Shown here: piece after piece, positions 12,690-25,605 of the stretch | Numbering within the stretch: position 1 is the first letter of the stretch | How the letters are laid out: every line of letters begins with the position of its first letter | NCBI GenBank assembly: GCA_002633005.1 | Contig: NMRA01000411.1 | Coordinates: 345,053 to 409,052 of the forward strand | DNA: 64,000 bases | Reading direction: 5' to 3' | Origin: Phoronis australis | Lineage: Eukaryota > Animalia > Phoronida | Position numbers and translations under genes: made by a program | The notes under the pieces: model-generated | The model's database searches: none | What the model was told of the DNA's origin: nothing | The model's input: the letters and a program-made list of their open reading frames with translations, nothing else

Positions 12690-13328
12690 TCCCACCCCAA
12701 TATTGATAAGACAGAAAGAATACAGCGTAGAGCAGCCAGGTTCGTCCTAAATGACCACTCCAGATTAGTCCACAGACACTCCTAACACAATGACCATCGT
12801 CTCTAGCTCTCTCTACTCGGGAGAGCTAAAGATGGTCATTATCTAGACACTCATATGTTACATGTATGCTCACCACTCTCAAATGGCTCACACCCTTCAA
12901 GAAAGACGTGCTCAAAACAAACTATCTCTCGTGTACAAGATCGTACACAACCTGGTTGGCCCACACATACCTTCCACCCCTACATATTTCTAGATCACGT
13001 AACTTTCACTCTCAAACCTTTGAGAGATCATACATCCGCACTGCATACTATGCAAACTCTTCCTTCCCATCTACCATTTTTCTCTGGAATAGACTCCCAC
13101 AGCATGCCATCTCATCAGAAACAATAGAGATGTTCACGGGTTACATCTCAAACATCAACCTTACTCAGTAAATAATAAAACTTGTTTTTATCCTGACACT
13201 AACCTGCATTTTGTTTTGTTGTTAATTCCACAGGTATGCACAGTTCAAATTTATCACTAACATGCGCCAACGTATAAGGATTGGTGCTTCGGTCGTTTGT
13301 TGAAACCGGAAGAAGAAGAGAAGAGAAA
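12690..13328 (+). mobile_element. 5'-truncated CR1/L2-type LINE fragment (ORF2 C-terminus, frameshifted) with a (GAA)n tail
   Basis: Across frames: IDKTERIQRRAARFVLNDHSR..MLTTLKW..LQERRAQNKLSLVYKIVHNLV..YYANSSFPSTIFLWNRLP, the conserved post-RT tail of CR1/L2-clade LINEs. gaagaagaagag tail near 13309-13326. Confidence 0.85.
12765..12844. repeat. About 80-bp hairpin insertion interrupting the LINE fragment
   Basis: aatgaccatc..tctagctctc pairs with gagagctaaagatggtcatt. Removing it restores DHSR-HSYVTCML. Confidence 0.6.
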
Positions 13329-14299
13329 TATGCATATAGATCCTAAGAAAATCAGAGAAATCCATTTCACTAAATTCAAGGTGCCCATCACAGGCACCTA
13401 TCTGCTTGTCATGCGCTATAATTTATAACAGTGAGAGGCTGTTGGGAGTGCCTGTGGTTCTCTTTAAAAGCATTTTTATTAGCACAAGCTATAGATATCT
13501 AGATAAATAATTCTGTTCTAATGCTCATCTCGTGTCTTGAGGTACAGATGCCACAGAACTTGGCAACTGGTAATCCCTCGACTGGCTATAAAGCGTGATG
13601 TAATTGCCTAGCACAGAACACATTTTTTACGAACCTTTATATGTTCACTGTTGTACAAAAAAGATTCTATACACTATCAATCTCTCTAATATCAAGCAGG
13701 GCAATTGCCTTCTATTGAAGGGAAATGAGCAATGGTTCCTGAGAAAAGAAATGAGCTTGTAAGAGCAGATTTGCAGTACATTAGAAAAGAAATTTTACAT
13801 AACTTGTGAGATAAGAATTGCTTTCATAAGCCAAGAATGTGTCATTTTTGTTTTGTAAAACTTTAAATTTTTTCAGCAAAGTCATAAAAGCTCAATTATT
13901 TGATAGCCCCTAATGCAAAATTGGAACAATTGAGCATTTTGGAGAAGGGGGGAAAATGCGCAGTATCTGAAAATTTGACTCGATATGAATCCGAAAAGCC
14001 ATTTCTGAGATACAATGCTCCAAGCTAGCTAAGTTTGGATGTTTTTCTTAGCAACCCATGCAATGCCAATTCTGAAATTCATTGTTTTGTTTTATGTTTC
14101 GGGTGGCATCATTGGTGTAGCTACCATGGGGGATATATAACCCTTATCAATTCCAGATATTCCGCATGCAAACTCTTTAGCATTGTGAAAGCACGAAAGA
14201 GACTGTCGCTTGACCCAATTTCGAATTAAGGTGTAAAAGATGGGCAAAGTCGACAGGGACAAAAAGTATTTTCTTTCCTTCACGCACATTTTGAGACGC

Positions 14300-17200
14300 T
14301 GTATCAGAAAAGGACTTTTGTTCCCACCCCCTGTGTGTCATGTCTTTATCAAGTTGGTATAATCCTCTTGAGAGTTATTTACAATGCACTAAAATACTAA
14401 AACAATAAAAACTCCTAAAAGTTAATGACCATGACTGATGCTGGATTCAAAGTTTCTGTGCTTCAATTCCTCACTTATTAGCACACAACATGGCCGACAA
14501 GTGAAATCCTATTTGTTAAATTTCTCAACAAAAGTACAACATTTTAGTCTTATTACAAGCATAGATTGTAGTGCATAGAAGTCATAAAGCATTACCTGAA
14601 ACTTCCATGATTTGCGAAGATGTAAGCAGCCTAAAATGGAAAATGACCACTTTTGTCAATAATTTTTATGCATAATAAGTGGAATATTCCCCCTCAATTA
14701 TGGAATGTGAAAGTAAATGTGACTATTTGATATACGTTTTGGACAAAAACTATGAAAAAATGATTGTATCACTTTAATCATTGAAACCTTGGATGTAATA
14801 GAACATATTAGGCCATTGATAGTATTTAGATAAAATTGCTGTCTACACACCGTATTCATGCAGTCACCATTTTAAAAGTGAGTCTCTTTTTAGGTTTAAA
14901 AACAATGCATTCTGTAATTACTCAGCACAAAGCATGTTTTTTTCGCGTGCCTTGTTATATTTATGTCTCAAAGGCATTGTTTTTAAACCTTAAAAGAAGC
15001 TCACTACTAAAATGGTGACTGCGTGAAAAAGATGTATAAATTAAAACACCTACAATAAAAGTGTTGAATTGAAGACACCATATGGCAAATTTTATTTTGT
15101 CAAATTTCTCACCAAATAAGAATATGAGTAGATAAGAATGTTTGCTTTATTGTACGAATGTACTGTATGCCATTTAGTAATTTTTCAGCAATGCAGTAAG
15201 GTTTTAAAACAAAAAACACAAATTTTAGTTGTCATTTTTGCCCTAGGTTGAAATGAGTTTACTTCCATTTATTTATGTGGTCATTATTCCAAACAATTCA
15301 CAACATTTTTTAGATTGAATATTTTCAGTCACCTACATATCTTAATTATCCACTTGGTATTTTGCACAAAAATAATTTTCCTTTGTCCAAAGGCTGGTTA
15401 TGTTTACTGCAAATAATCGTCATTTTTTCACTCAGGTTGAAAATCTAGATTTTTCATGTTATGCAATCATATCGACAGAATTCCTTCCCCTCAGGCAGAT
15501 ATTTGTATGATGGTGTTGTTTTAGCACTGGTACTTCTGAAATTTACACATTTTAAAGTATGGAAAAGCATTAGTTATGGTCAGAGTAATCCTTAAGATAG
15601 CTGAAAATAGCCAGAAATCCATCGTTATTTGTTTCACTGATACATTGCGTGTTTTTAATACACATAGCATTTCATTAAATCACACATTTATTTTAAATTT
15701 AAAGTTTTTTCATGGTCTTAACATGTATTTCTCGTTTTTTTTTCACGTAATTGCAGGGACACTTGCTAAATGATGTCAATGTTATGCAAAATACCTAAAT
15801 TTGCATGTGCTCCTTCTCTTAAAGCCATGGCTTCAAAAGAAAAGCATTACTAATGTTTTGAACTGTGTTTTAATGGTTGATGGTATATAGAATTTGATTT
15901 AGAAACCACATATTTGTACCAGATGTCGTAATGACTGGATTCCTCAACCAAATATCACCGTCACCTAAGAAAAACTGTATTCTCCGTAGCCCTGAATTCC
16001 ATTAATAAAAGATATTTGATACTGCACATTGGGAATCTTGAAGCTATTTTTGGCCCACAAAAAATATTAGACCAATCCCTGCATTTGAGTTGATCATAAG
16101 CAAAAATGTCTTTCATATTCTCCATAGTCCCTGTATGCTCCGTAGCCCCCAAAACAGCACATGGTTTAAAAAAACTTGTCTCAAGGTGCATTTACTGAGG
16201 AAATGGAGACAAGTGAACTCTCCAACACATGAAAAATTGCAATTTTTTTATTTATGGGTTGGATTTGAGGCAAGTTTAGTTAAATATTGGGACAGTTGTC
16301 ATGCATGGTGTATTGTATTGTATATCAGTTTAAACTCGGCATTAATAAAATATAACATTCTTTGGTCATTCAGAAGTGTATACAATGTTTACTGATGATG
16401 AAAAGTGCTTTCTTGTATTTCTTTGATGGTAGTTGATGAAAACAGGCATCCCATTCATTGATAGTGACGTGACTGATGATAGCTAAGAGCTGAGTGTGTC
16501 TTAGGATAAAGATTTTCCATTATCTTATATATTTGTATTTGTATTTGCACAAGTGTGAAGAAGATTAAGATGGTATCCCCCTTTTTCTAAACACAACTTT
16601 TTTGTAATTCAGAAGGAGTAGTATATTGACAAGTAAATGATTCTATTGCATTGCTCCAGTATTTTTCTACCCACAAATATTACCTTCACATTTTGTATTC
16701 TCCATAGCCACTCACTGACCTCTGTGCTGTGTGAGATTTATTTGTGCAAACAATGTTTACTGATAATGAAAAGTGTTTTCATGTATTTCTTTGATGGTAG
16801 TTATTGGAATTAGGCATTCCTTTTGACAGTGATGTCAAGTGCTGAGTATGTCTAAAGATTAAGTACAATCGCTATGTTTTATTTGAAAACTCATACCTTG
16901 TGAAGCATACACAGGTGTGAACCTAGTTTTTTCATATTGATATTCAGTACATGAGTTACCAGTAATAAACTTTCTAGTTCCTAAGCCAGATTTAAGTCTT
17001 TTTCCAAAATGGATGTGACAATACCAATGACGTATTCTCTGTAGCCCACATATTTTTTGTTATTACAACAGGCCAAATCTCAAAAACTAAATGAGGATAT
17101 TTACAAAAATTTTACCTGATATTCCATATATCATGCTGGTTCCAATAAAAGAAGTCTCAAAGCTGAAAAGAAAACTTCATAAAATGCCATTTCTGAAAGA

Positions 17201-17650
17201 AAAGTGGGCAGCCTGAGTGAAAAAATGCCGAATACAAAATTTACCAAAAGTTGCTTGATGGCATCTGCACAGTACAAACTATGTTAGTAATGAACTAAAA
17301 AAATCCAATGTTTATTTTTGTGAAGAAATTTGACAAAATAGAATTTCACATGTCGGCCATATTGTGTGCTAAGTAAGTGAAGAATAAGTGTACACTTACA
17401 GTGTACTAAAACTTTCTGATGGAAGATTGACACTCCTCATAAGTCATAACTAGATATTTTGTTGTGATTGTAAAAGCATTTTTATTTAATTCTGATGTGG
17501 TCATAACTGAAAGTTTTTTGAAAGTTTGTTTGCGCAAGTATTCAAAGTGAGTGTACTAACACTTTCAGAGGCTGTGAATCATTCAACTTCAAACTGGGAT
17601 AAAACAAGTTTGGGGTGGTTTAAGAGGTGGGGAAAGTCTTATTTTGGGAA
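14300..17650. repeat. Long degenerate inverted repeat (foldback-like relic) in gene B intron
   Basis: About 14460-14600 (tcacttattagcacacaacatggccgacaagtgaaat..gttaaatttctc) is the reverse complement of about 17240-17390. A partial direct copy is at about 15080-15190. Outer limits approximate. Confidence 0.6.
16383..16860. repeat. Direct repeat of about 110 bp, two copies about 370 bp apart
   Basis: caatgtttactgat(g/a)atgaaaagtg(c/t)tttc(t/a)tgtatttctttgatggtagtt at 16383 and 16751. Confidence 0.75.
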
Positions 17651-18266
17651 TCGTGATCGAGTCCTTTTGTGGCTGTGATTCAGGAAATGCAGGTGAAAAA
17701 TAACATGTTTTGGAAAGGAGATTTATTTAGACTTGGATTGAAATAAATTTGACTCCAGGAATTGGGAAAAGGACCAACAAACCACTGGGAAACGAGAATG
17801 GGACCCCCTTTCCCCCTTGTTTAACATGCCACAATAAGACTACGTGCCACACGAGGACATTGTTAATGTGGAAAAAATACGCCTTCCATCACAAAAAAAA
17901 AACAATTATTGATTTAAATCTCTTATTGTTATGAAATTATAGAGGTTATTTCAGGGCTCAAAAGAACCAACAGTTCGTCGTTGAACAAGACCAGGCTCTG
18001 CAAGATGGCTGGTTATCACAATGGGTCAGAGTGCGGTCTCAAGAAATAACGAACTGAACATCCTTTGCAAGCCCTGAAATCACTTCTCGTCTTAATAAGG
18101 AACAAGTCAAAATGCTGGCTTCTATTACCGCTTGAAATTGTCAAATCTAAGGAGGTATCTGTGTACTGGTGTAATGATGATAGGTTATGAACATCTGGCA
18201 AGCATGGCATTTAATCCCTGGGTTCACATCAGAAAACTATGACTTAACTGTTTCATTTTTTTATAG

Positions 18267-18388
18267 TAAATTGCCAGAGCACGCCCACAATCACAGAAGA
18301 GATTCGGCAAGATGTCAAGCAGACTGGTGAAACTGGAGAACTCCTTTGTAAAGTCAGAATACCCCCGTCTGGTGTGGAGAGATTGGTG
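18267..18388 (+). CDS. Gene B exon, first part of Ig1
   Basis: tttttttatag|TA acceptor, GTG|gtaaga donor, phase 1 to 0. VNCQSTPTITEEIRQDVKQTGETGELLCKV resembles the mature N-terminus of insect lachesin (Q-x-T-P-T-I...K..G.T.E..C.V). Confidence 0.88.
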
Positions 18389-19021
18389 GTAAGACTCTTC
18401 TCACAGTATTTGGTGGTGGCTTGTGACAGCCGTGTTGGTTTGCATTCCTGATGGATTGGGATCGTGTGGAAGTGTTCATGCTTTAAATTGGAGAAAGTAG
18501 AAGTGCAGTTTGAATGGCTCGCCTGGTATTTTCCAGGTGGCGCTAGTGAATAAAGGTATCTTCTTTTGACATCTGAATAGGTTGAGAGCAGAAAGCAGTT
18601 TAACAGCATGGCGGCATTCATGTGGTAAGGGACCCATGTGATTTGCCTGAATGCGGGCACTTTTAGGGGAGGGTTCATTGCTGCACTTACGACTTGGTGA
18701 ATTACACGTTTCCGATCATTGGAAAATGAGGCATGTCCTGGACACTTGCAGATGGGAATACGACAAAGCTTTGCTTATACGTGAAGTTTGATATGCTTTT
18801 AACTATGTATGAAATGCATATTGTATATGTTTAATACCCTCCTTAACTATTTTTCCTTTTCATTTTGCCTTGCAGCTCCTCGGCCTTTCGACAAGCAATA
18901 GTGAAATTGTGTATCATACGTTATTAAGTTAATGCTTGTTCAAGAAATGTTGTTAGTGCATGTTGTGTATGTCTACCAAAACCATACTTTGTAGTAATCC
19001 ACGTTCACTCTTTTTTTGTAG

Positions 19022-19274
19022 GTGTCCTGGTCCCAGCCCATGTCTAATAGAGACAAGACGATTTCCAAAAATGGAAAGATTGTGTTGGCATTCGTGCCAG
19101 AGGTAAACGGTCTGCTCAAATACGGGATTGAAGTGAAAACTGTAGGGGAGATAAGCGAATACCGGCTAATAGTGCGCAACCTGCAGGTGGATGACGGCGG
19201 ACAATATTGGTGTCGAGTCTCGTGGAGTGGTGACGTTGCAGGTGTCTATAAAATTGGACTTCTGGAAGTTCAGA
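19022..19274 (+). CDS. Gene B exon, second part of Ig1
   Basis: tttttgtag|GTG acceptor, A|gtaagt donor, phase 0 to 1. VSW...YRLIVRNLQVDDGGQYWCRV...LEVQ. Confidence 0.9.
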
Positions 19275-20419
19275 GTAAGTGTCAATTGGTCAGCAAGTGT
19301 GGTAAATCAACAAACAATGTTACTGTGGTTAAAAATACGAAAATCTTGTGCCCTATCAAAAAACAGGTTTTTATTTGGAGCACTTACTGTTATATATATA
19401 TTTATACAATAACTAGGCCCCCCGGCCCTTGTTACAATCAAATCATCAAGTACAATACAGGTGAGAGTCAAACACTAAACATAACCCGAGCTCTTCTTCA
19501 GTTGAATGCGAAATTAACATATTTAGATGTTGACCATATAAGATTTTTTCCTCCTTATATCATCAGTCTCATCTTGTTCCTTGCTCAGATTAGAAACGAT
19601 TTCTAGAAACGATTTCTTGACTTGAGAACAATTGTTGGATTGTCAGTGTGTCGGGCTGGACCCGTCAAGTTACCTGTCAAGTGGGTTAGTTTGACTCAGG
19701 CGAATTACAGCTGGTACTTTATTGCGACCTCAGTTTATATTAAAGTAAAGGATAAGGACGCAGTTGCATTGCTTTTGAAGAGGAAATATGCCTTTGAAGA
19801 AATTTATGTTTTTAAGATCAGCTGAACATAATTTGTAGCCTTGAAAACAGCATGATCCATCATCTAGAGGGAGCTAGTGTGCTCAAGTTCAGATCAGACT
19901 TGGATGTATAAACCCCGCATTACTGCTGCACATTTTAGATATCTGACCTACTGTATTTTTTTCACTGAACTATTTTGTGGTGTGTTGCCTCTAGCTTTAA
20001 CAAAGATAGATATAAAGCTTTTGTACTAATTTTGCCAAAAATGGACCTGTCTGATGTGAGTTTATTTTTTGCTGAATTTGCAATTTAAAGAACATTACAT
20101 TCAACAAGCTACCTCGTTAAATCTAATTGCCAAACGAGTCTTTTGAATGTGTGCATTTTGATGTACTGTATTTCTTTGCCTTTTTATTATCTTATGCTTG
20201 AGTGTTGCTGTGGTCTAACCTCTGCACTCGAAACCAACTCAAAATTGACCAATGGCGTGGCACACTTTGATTAACGTTGCAAACTCGAATCATGCAACAC
20301 GATTGTTGAGATTTTGAGTCTGAGTCTGAATCATGTCTGATTACGTACATTATAGACCCTGCAGAATTAAATATGCCAATGCGTGTATTCTTGGTTAATA
20401 CTCTTCATTTCTTGCGCAG

Positions 20420-20571
20420 TTCCACCAGAAATTCTGTCTAGCAGTACTAACTCACTGATGGTTAACCAGTTTGACAACGTTGAGATCAAGTGCATTGCCA
20501 AGGGGACGCCTATGCCGAGAATAACATGGACAAAAGGGTCCAATAACCAGCTACCCCCGGGTCGTAAAATC
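20420..20571 (+). CDS. Gene B exon, first half of Ig2
   Basis: cttgcgcag|TT acceptor, ATC|gtaagt donor, phase 1 to 0. IPPEILSSSTNSLMVNQFDNVEIKCIAKGTPMPRITWTKGSNNQLPPG. Confidence 0.9.
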
Positions 20572-20779
20572 GTAAGTACCATTATGATGTCATAGTGCAA
20601 GTACCTTCATTGCTGATCTTCTGTTGTCTGTTTGGGTGGAATGTCTTTAATATAATTTAACCTTTTAAAGCAGCTATGACATCTTCATTGTCAAGTGTAA
20701 TTTTCTTGAACTATCCTTTGAGATACTCACCAATTTTGAAAAAAATGGCCGATTTTGAAAGAATATGTTTTAGTGTGGA

Positions 20780-21870
20780 GAAGATGGCTGATGATGATTT
20801 TCGGACGACTCCAACTACTGTGGTGCCTCTTAGTGGCATTTTTTTTGCATCAATGGCTGTATCTCCTAAACCTCTGAAATATCTGTATTAAATTTGGCAA
20901 GTGTATTTCATATATGAAGTGGACAACGGACGATGACGACTTTTGGACACATCTAACTACCGGTATGCCTCCTTGTGGCAATTTTCCCCGTTTTCTTTTG
21001 TATTTTTGAAGAATTTTGATGGAGGATTTTTATGAAATTTAATAAATAGGTATTTATTAAAGAGGCGATGTCAGTTTCCAGATTTCTGTTAGATTCGGCA
21101 TATAGAGGCCATCGTTATTGTAATGAAATTTTGCAAGTAGGCTTAATTAAGGAGGCGAGGAAGCCTTCTGATTTTCAGCCAAATTTGACATATTCTGCGC
21201 CACCCCATGACCATTTAAAAAATTTTTGAGTATTTTTTGGCGTCACCCTCTCCGTCCACCAAACTGCTTGAAAGATCATTTATTAAAATTGGGAGATGTG
21301 TTCCTGATGAGAAGACAGAGACTGACTTTGATTTTTAGACGTGTTCAACTACTTTGGCTTCCCCTTGCGGGAATTTTTGTCCATGGCTGCATCTCTTTTA
21401 TTCTTTGCAAAATCTGTGAACGGTTACCATATGTGACAGTGTTCCTATGGAGTTGGCAACAGATGACGAGTTTCAGACGAATCCAACCATGATGCTTTTT
21501 CATGAAATTTGGCAAACAAAGTTTTATTAAAATACAACACCACATTTCCATTTTGTGATGGATTGGACGTATTATGCACCAAATAGTGGCCATTTTAATT
21601 ATTTTAGTCATGTTTTTGTCGTCTGCTTCTGTATCTGTCAAACCACGTAGAGGATCATTATGAATACTGGTAGATGTGGTCCTATTGACGTGAATTTCCA
21701 AACTCAGGTCCAACTACTGTGGTGTCTCCTAGTGAAATTTTCTCACATCTACGGCTTTACGTCCTAAACCCTTACAAGATGATTTTGAAATTTCGCAATG
21801 TATTCCTGTTAACTTGATAACAGATGGCCAGATTCGACAACCAGTGTGGTTCCTAATGGCAGTTCATTAT
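20780..21870. repeat. Interspersed repeat with recurring CAACTACTGTGGTGCCTC-like modules
   Basis: Related modules at about 20810, 20955, 21710 and 21840, alternating with gaaatttggcaa-type motifs. Family unknown. Confidence 0.5.
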
Positions 21871-21914
21871 TTTACATTTGCCTTTGTATCTTTGGACCCT
21901 TATGAAAAAGAAAG

Positions 21915-22160
21915 TGAGAATCTCACTGGATTCCAGTGAGATTCCAGTTAGATTCTCACTAAATCACCCATTTTAGTTAGAAATGCCAGTGAGAGTCCAG
22001 TGGGAATTGAACAGCTGAGGCAGTCAGTGAGAAATAGTGAGAAAATGTTATGTAACAGTTAGAATCCAGTGAGAATTTTGGTCTTAGAAAAATTCTGAGT
22101 GAGAAACCAGTGAGAATTTTGGTCTTAGAAAATTTCTGAGTGAGAATTCAGTGAGAATTT
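21915..22160. repeat. Cluster of CAGTGAGAA(T) motifs in both orientations
   Basis: About 10 copies of (c)agtgaga, inverted tctcact copies, and a near-tandem unit at 22067-22150. Confidence 0.65.
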
Positions 22161-22563
22161 AAGATTAACAAACACCCTGATTGGCTGTTCGTGTGGAAAT
22201 TTCAGTTGAACCAGATTTCAAACTAAAATGGTGCCAGGAATGAGCAGTTAGAGAAATAGCTTGAAGATTGTAGACGTTTTTCTCACAAATATTGTGAAAT
22301 TACTTAACAGTTTGTCTGCAAGTCAACCAGAAGGGATCATGGACTGACTTTATGTGTTAATAACCTCAAAGATCTTCATGAGACTTGGCAAATAGTTTTG
22401 AGAGACAACCACATCATTCTAAGCTGTCTAACAGCCATTTTTATGTTACTAATAAACACTACTAGAAGCGCACCATATGCGTTGCAGTCGTGGGCGCATT
22501 TCAAAGCTCTGCGTTACTCTTGTTTGTTATAAAGAACACTGCTACTACACCTGTCAATTGCAG

Positions 22564-22783
22564 GAAAGCGTTACCGCAGGGGAGTACGTTACGAGCACAT
22601 TGACCCTGTACAATGTTACAACTGCTGACCAGGGCCTCTATAGGTGTGCTGCCAACAATGACTTCAGGCGAGCCGAGCACACAATGCAGTTGTCTGTCAG
22701 CTACGCGTGTGAGGCATGGTACCCTCAAGAAAACTACCAAGCAGTTTTGAATGGGGATGAGGTTGTAGAGTGCTATGCACGAG
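22564..22783 (+). CDS. Gene B exon, end of Ig2 and start of Ig3
   Basis: ttgcag|GAA acceptor, G|gtaagg donor, phase 0 to 1. STLTLYNVTTADQGLYRCAANN...VVECYARG. Confidence 0.9.
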
Positions 22784-23492
22784 GTAAGGAGTTGGTGCTT
22801 ATAGCTGTTGTTACAGTGACTGGTCATAGCTGGCTCCACTCAGTGGTGTAGTGGTGCGTAGATGCCCGTAGATGCAGCAACCACCTTTTTATTTTCACTG
22901 CAGCGTCTACATACCGTGAATTGATGGCAGTTAGCACCACAAAACGATACGCTAATCTTCGGACGTATACATATTTCTAAATTTATCTCTATAGCTCTGG
23001 TGCCACTTGCTTGGAATACTATTACCTGGGCAAAATGAATACAGGAGGATCTGAGAAGGGCCATATAAGCGGCACTAAACCTGTGCTTTCTTTGTCAAAA
23101 AACATGTTTGATTAGTTAAGGCCTCGTGGCCATCATAAAATTGGTCTTATCATTTTCTCTTATTCGGTTGAGATATGTTTTCTGGGCTCAGGAAGACCCG
23201 TAGTGACAACTTCTTCAGAATATCTAAGGTTATGAAATTTCAGGTTAAATTTATATAATCAGTCCTGTACAATAAACTGTATACTGATACATGATGTTAA
23301 TGGGTGCAGTTGATACACTCACCAGTTAGGTGTGATTGTGATCCTGAAATCATCATCAAATACTCACCATCTTGTGATGAGAAAAGCTGAACACTTCAGG
23401 AGATTTATCAAGGGCATGAGATTGTAGAGTGTTGACTAATAAAGTCTAAATGAAATATATATAAATTGATAATTAAATGCGTTGATCTGCAG

Positions 23493-23771
23493 GTGTTCCT
23501 AGTCCTACAGTACAATGGTACTATTGGGGAACGGACAGGAACAGCATTCCCTCTGAGTTGTGGAAGTGGAAGAGTCAGACCCAGCTGACAGAGGGCTCCA
23601 AATTCAACCTAATTGTCGCACACAACCAGAATGTACTGTACAAGGACCTGATAGTCAAGGCAGAATTTTTCAAGTTGAAGATTTTGACAGTGGACGCCAA
23701 TGACATCGGATATTACGGATGCCTGGCTGAGAACAGTCTAGGGCAATCTGCAGCTATTGTTCGACTTTATC
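23493..23771 (+). CDS. Gene B exon, rest of Ig3
   Basis: ctgcag|GT acceptor, C|gtaagt donor, phase 1 to 1. GVPSPTVQWY...KLKILTVDANDIGYYGCLAENSLGQSAAIVRLY. Confidence 0.9.
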
Positions 23772-24287
23772 GTAAGTAACAGTCTGTTGTTGAAGGAATT
23801 TTAAAAGTATATTATAAGACAAAGCATGCCAAACTGCAATAAATTTTCGAGTTTGCTTTTATTTGCCATGTCCTTAAGTGGATCTAATTTATGAAACTTA
23901 GGCAACTCCATAATGATATCTGTCCTCTATTGGCAATTTTATTGTTTTGGAATACAATTGATTCGTTTGCCCCTCTGCCAAGAGGTTTGAAAGATTATCA
24001 TGAAATTGTGAAATTTGACCGGCATATTTATAGTGAAAGTATGATATAGCTGACACTGACTTTCAGATCTGACTACTGCTTGTATACATGCCCCTGTATT
24101 GCAATTTTACATTATTGACCTTGGTAGATGGACAGTGCCTGCCTATTATCACCCTGCACTGGCGTATGTTTTGCACTCCCTGGAGACAATGGTGTCATTT
24201 TTGACACCTGTCTATCAAACGGTTCATCAAACCGTTGCGAAATATTAAGAATGTCATTCTATTGACAGAAAACTTGTTGATTTTTAG

Positions 24288-24303
24288 ACAGGTCCAATGA
24301 CTG
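24288..24303 (+). CDS. Candidate 16-nt frame-switching microexon of gene B
   Basis: gatttttag|ACAGGTCCAATGACTG|gtatgt, phase 1 to 2. Supported only by splice motifs and the downstream frame. Confidence 0.25.
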
Positions 24304-25605
24304 GTATGTGTCTCAAGTCAGTTTTGTTTTTGCATTGCCTCCATATCTAAGTTTGATGAGGATCTGAATGAAGTTTGGTAGATGAAATTTTATCCTGGTG
24401 ACAACACCATTGTTAGACAGTTCCAACTTGCATTGTCCCCTCCAAGAGGCAATTTTGTGTGGCCACATACCAATTCACAAAAAGCCACAACTCTAATAAA
24501 CTGTGAAATATTTCTCGAGTCGCTGGTGGTTTTGAAGTTCTTGTTGGTAATGGAATATTATTATAAAAATGATTTTGTGAGAATAAAAGGAAAATAATTA
24601 ATTTTTCATTTTCTGGTAGCTAAACAGGGTGAAATTAATCTTTTAGCTTTCTCATCATGCTTTTCTATGAAGATGGCCAACTAAAATATTTTTTTCAAGA
24701 CTCGGAAAGTACCCCTTGTGTTCTCAGAGAGTGTAATGGTTCAGTGGTCTGAGTTTTGTGCTAAACACACAATTGTGTGAGTGCATGTATGCATATGCTC
24801 TAGGTATTCCATAATTTCAAAATTATGTGGTGCAACGTTCAGCTGCCTGAGCTGCACGGTAAAGTCTCACCAATTTAGGGTACAATATGGCCAACATGGG
24901 AAATGAAATTCATTGTCTTAATCCTTCCAAAAAAGATATAAGTAGCACCAAGATAATGACATAGCATTTTCAAGTTTTGTACCATAGCTACTTTCAGAGT
25001 TCAGCCATTAATGAAAAATTGGGTTCATTCGCAACAATGTCAGAAGCCCTTGAAAATGAAAATGGGACAATTTTGTGAATTACTTTTTCCAAAATTGGTG
25101 TGAGTTTTATTGTACACATCAAGGGTATTTAGACTAAATCATGTAGAATTCCCCATCATTGCAGCTGGGCAGAAGCTAATCACTCATCAGAGTGGCCTCC
25201 CCTAACCACCAAGGATGAAGTGGGGTAAAGGAAAAGTTTAAAAGGTGTCCAAGTCATGCTGTGATTTAGAATTTTTCCATTACGTAGCCATCATCTGTCA
25301 TTTTTGTGTATAAACATAGTTAGCTGTAATGACGGGGGGGGGGGGGGGNCCGAGTGCTTTTGGCCTGCACTGTATTGGTGAAACATGGTTTAATTCTGAA
25401 CTCCCTGTGATGTTGTTACAGAAACTGACTGTACTGGGGTTAACTGTGGCGGATCCGAAAGTGTCAAAGATAAGGTACTTGGCGAAGTCCAGGATAACCA
25501 AGCTAAAGGCCTTATATCCACCCCTCTGGTCGTCATGGCAACAACAGGCTTTCTTGTACTATCTACGATGATATCTCAGTAAGACAGTACTGACTTCACA
25601 TTCCG

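Noticed and set aside
19275-19606. 194-aa ORF as a single-exon protein
   Set aside because: Only 19022-19274 is Ig-like; the rest is read-through past a GTAAGT donor.
24067-24248. Alternative gene B last exon (HLTTACIHAP...AKY*)
   Set aside because: In phase and open, but with no GPI-like or recognisable features. Not excluded, only unsupported.
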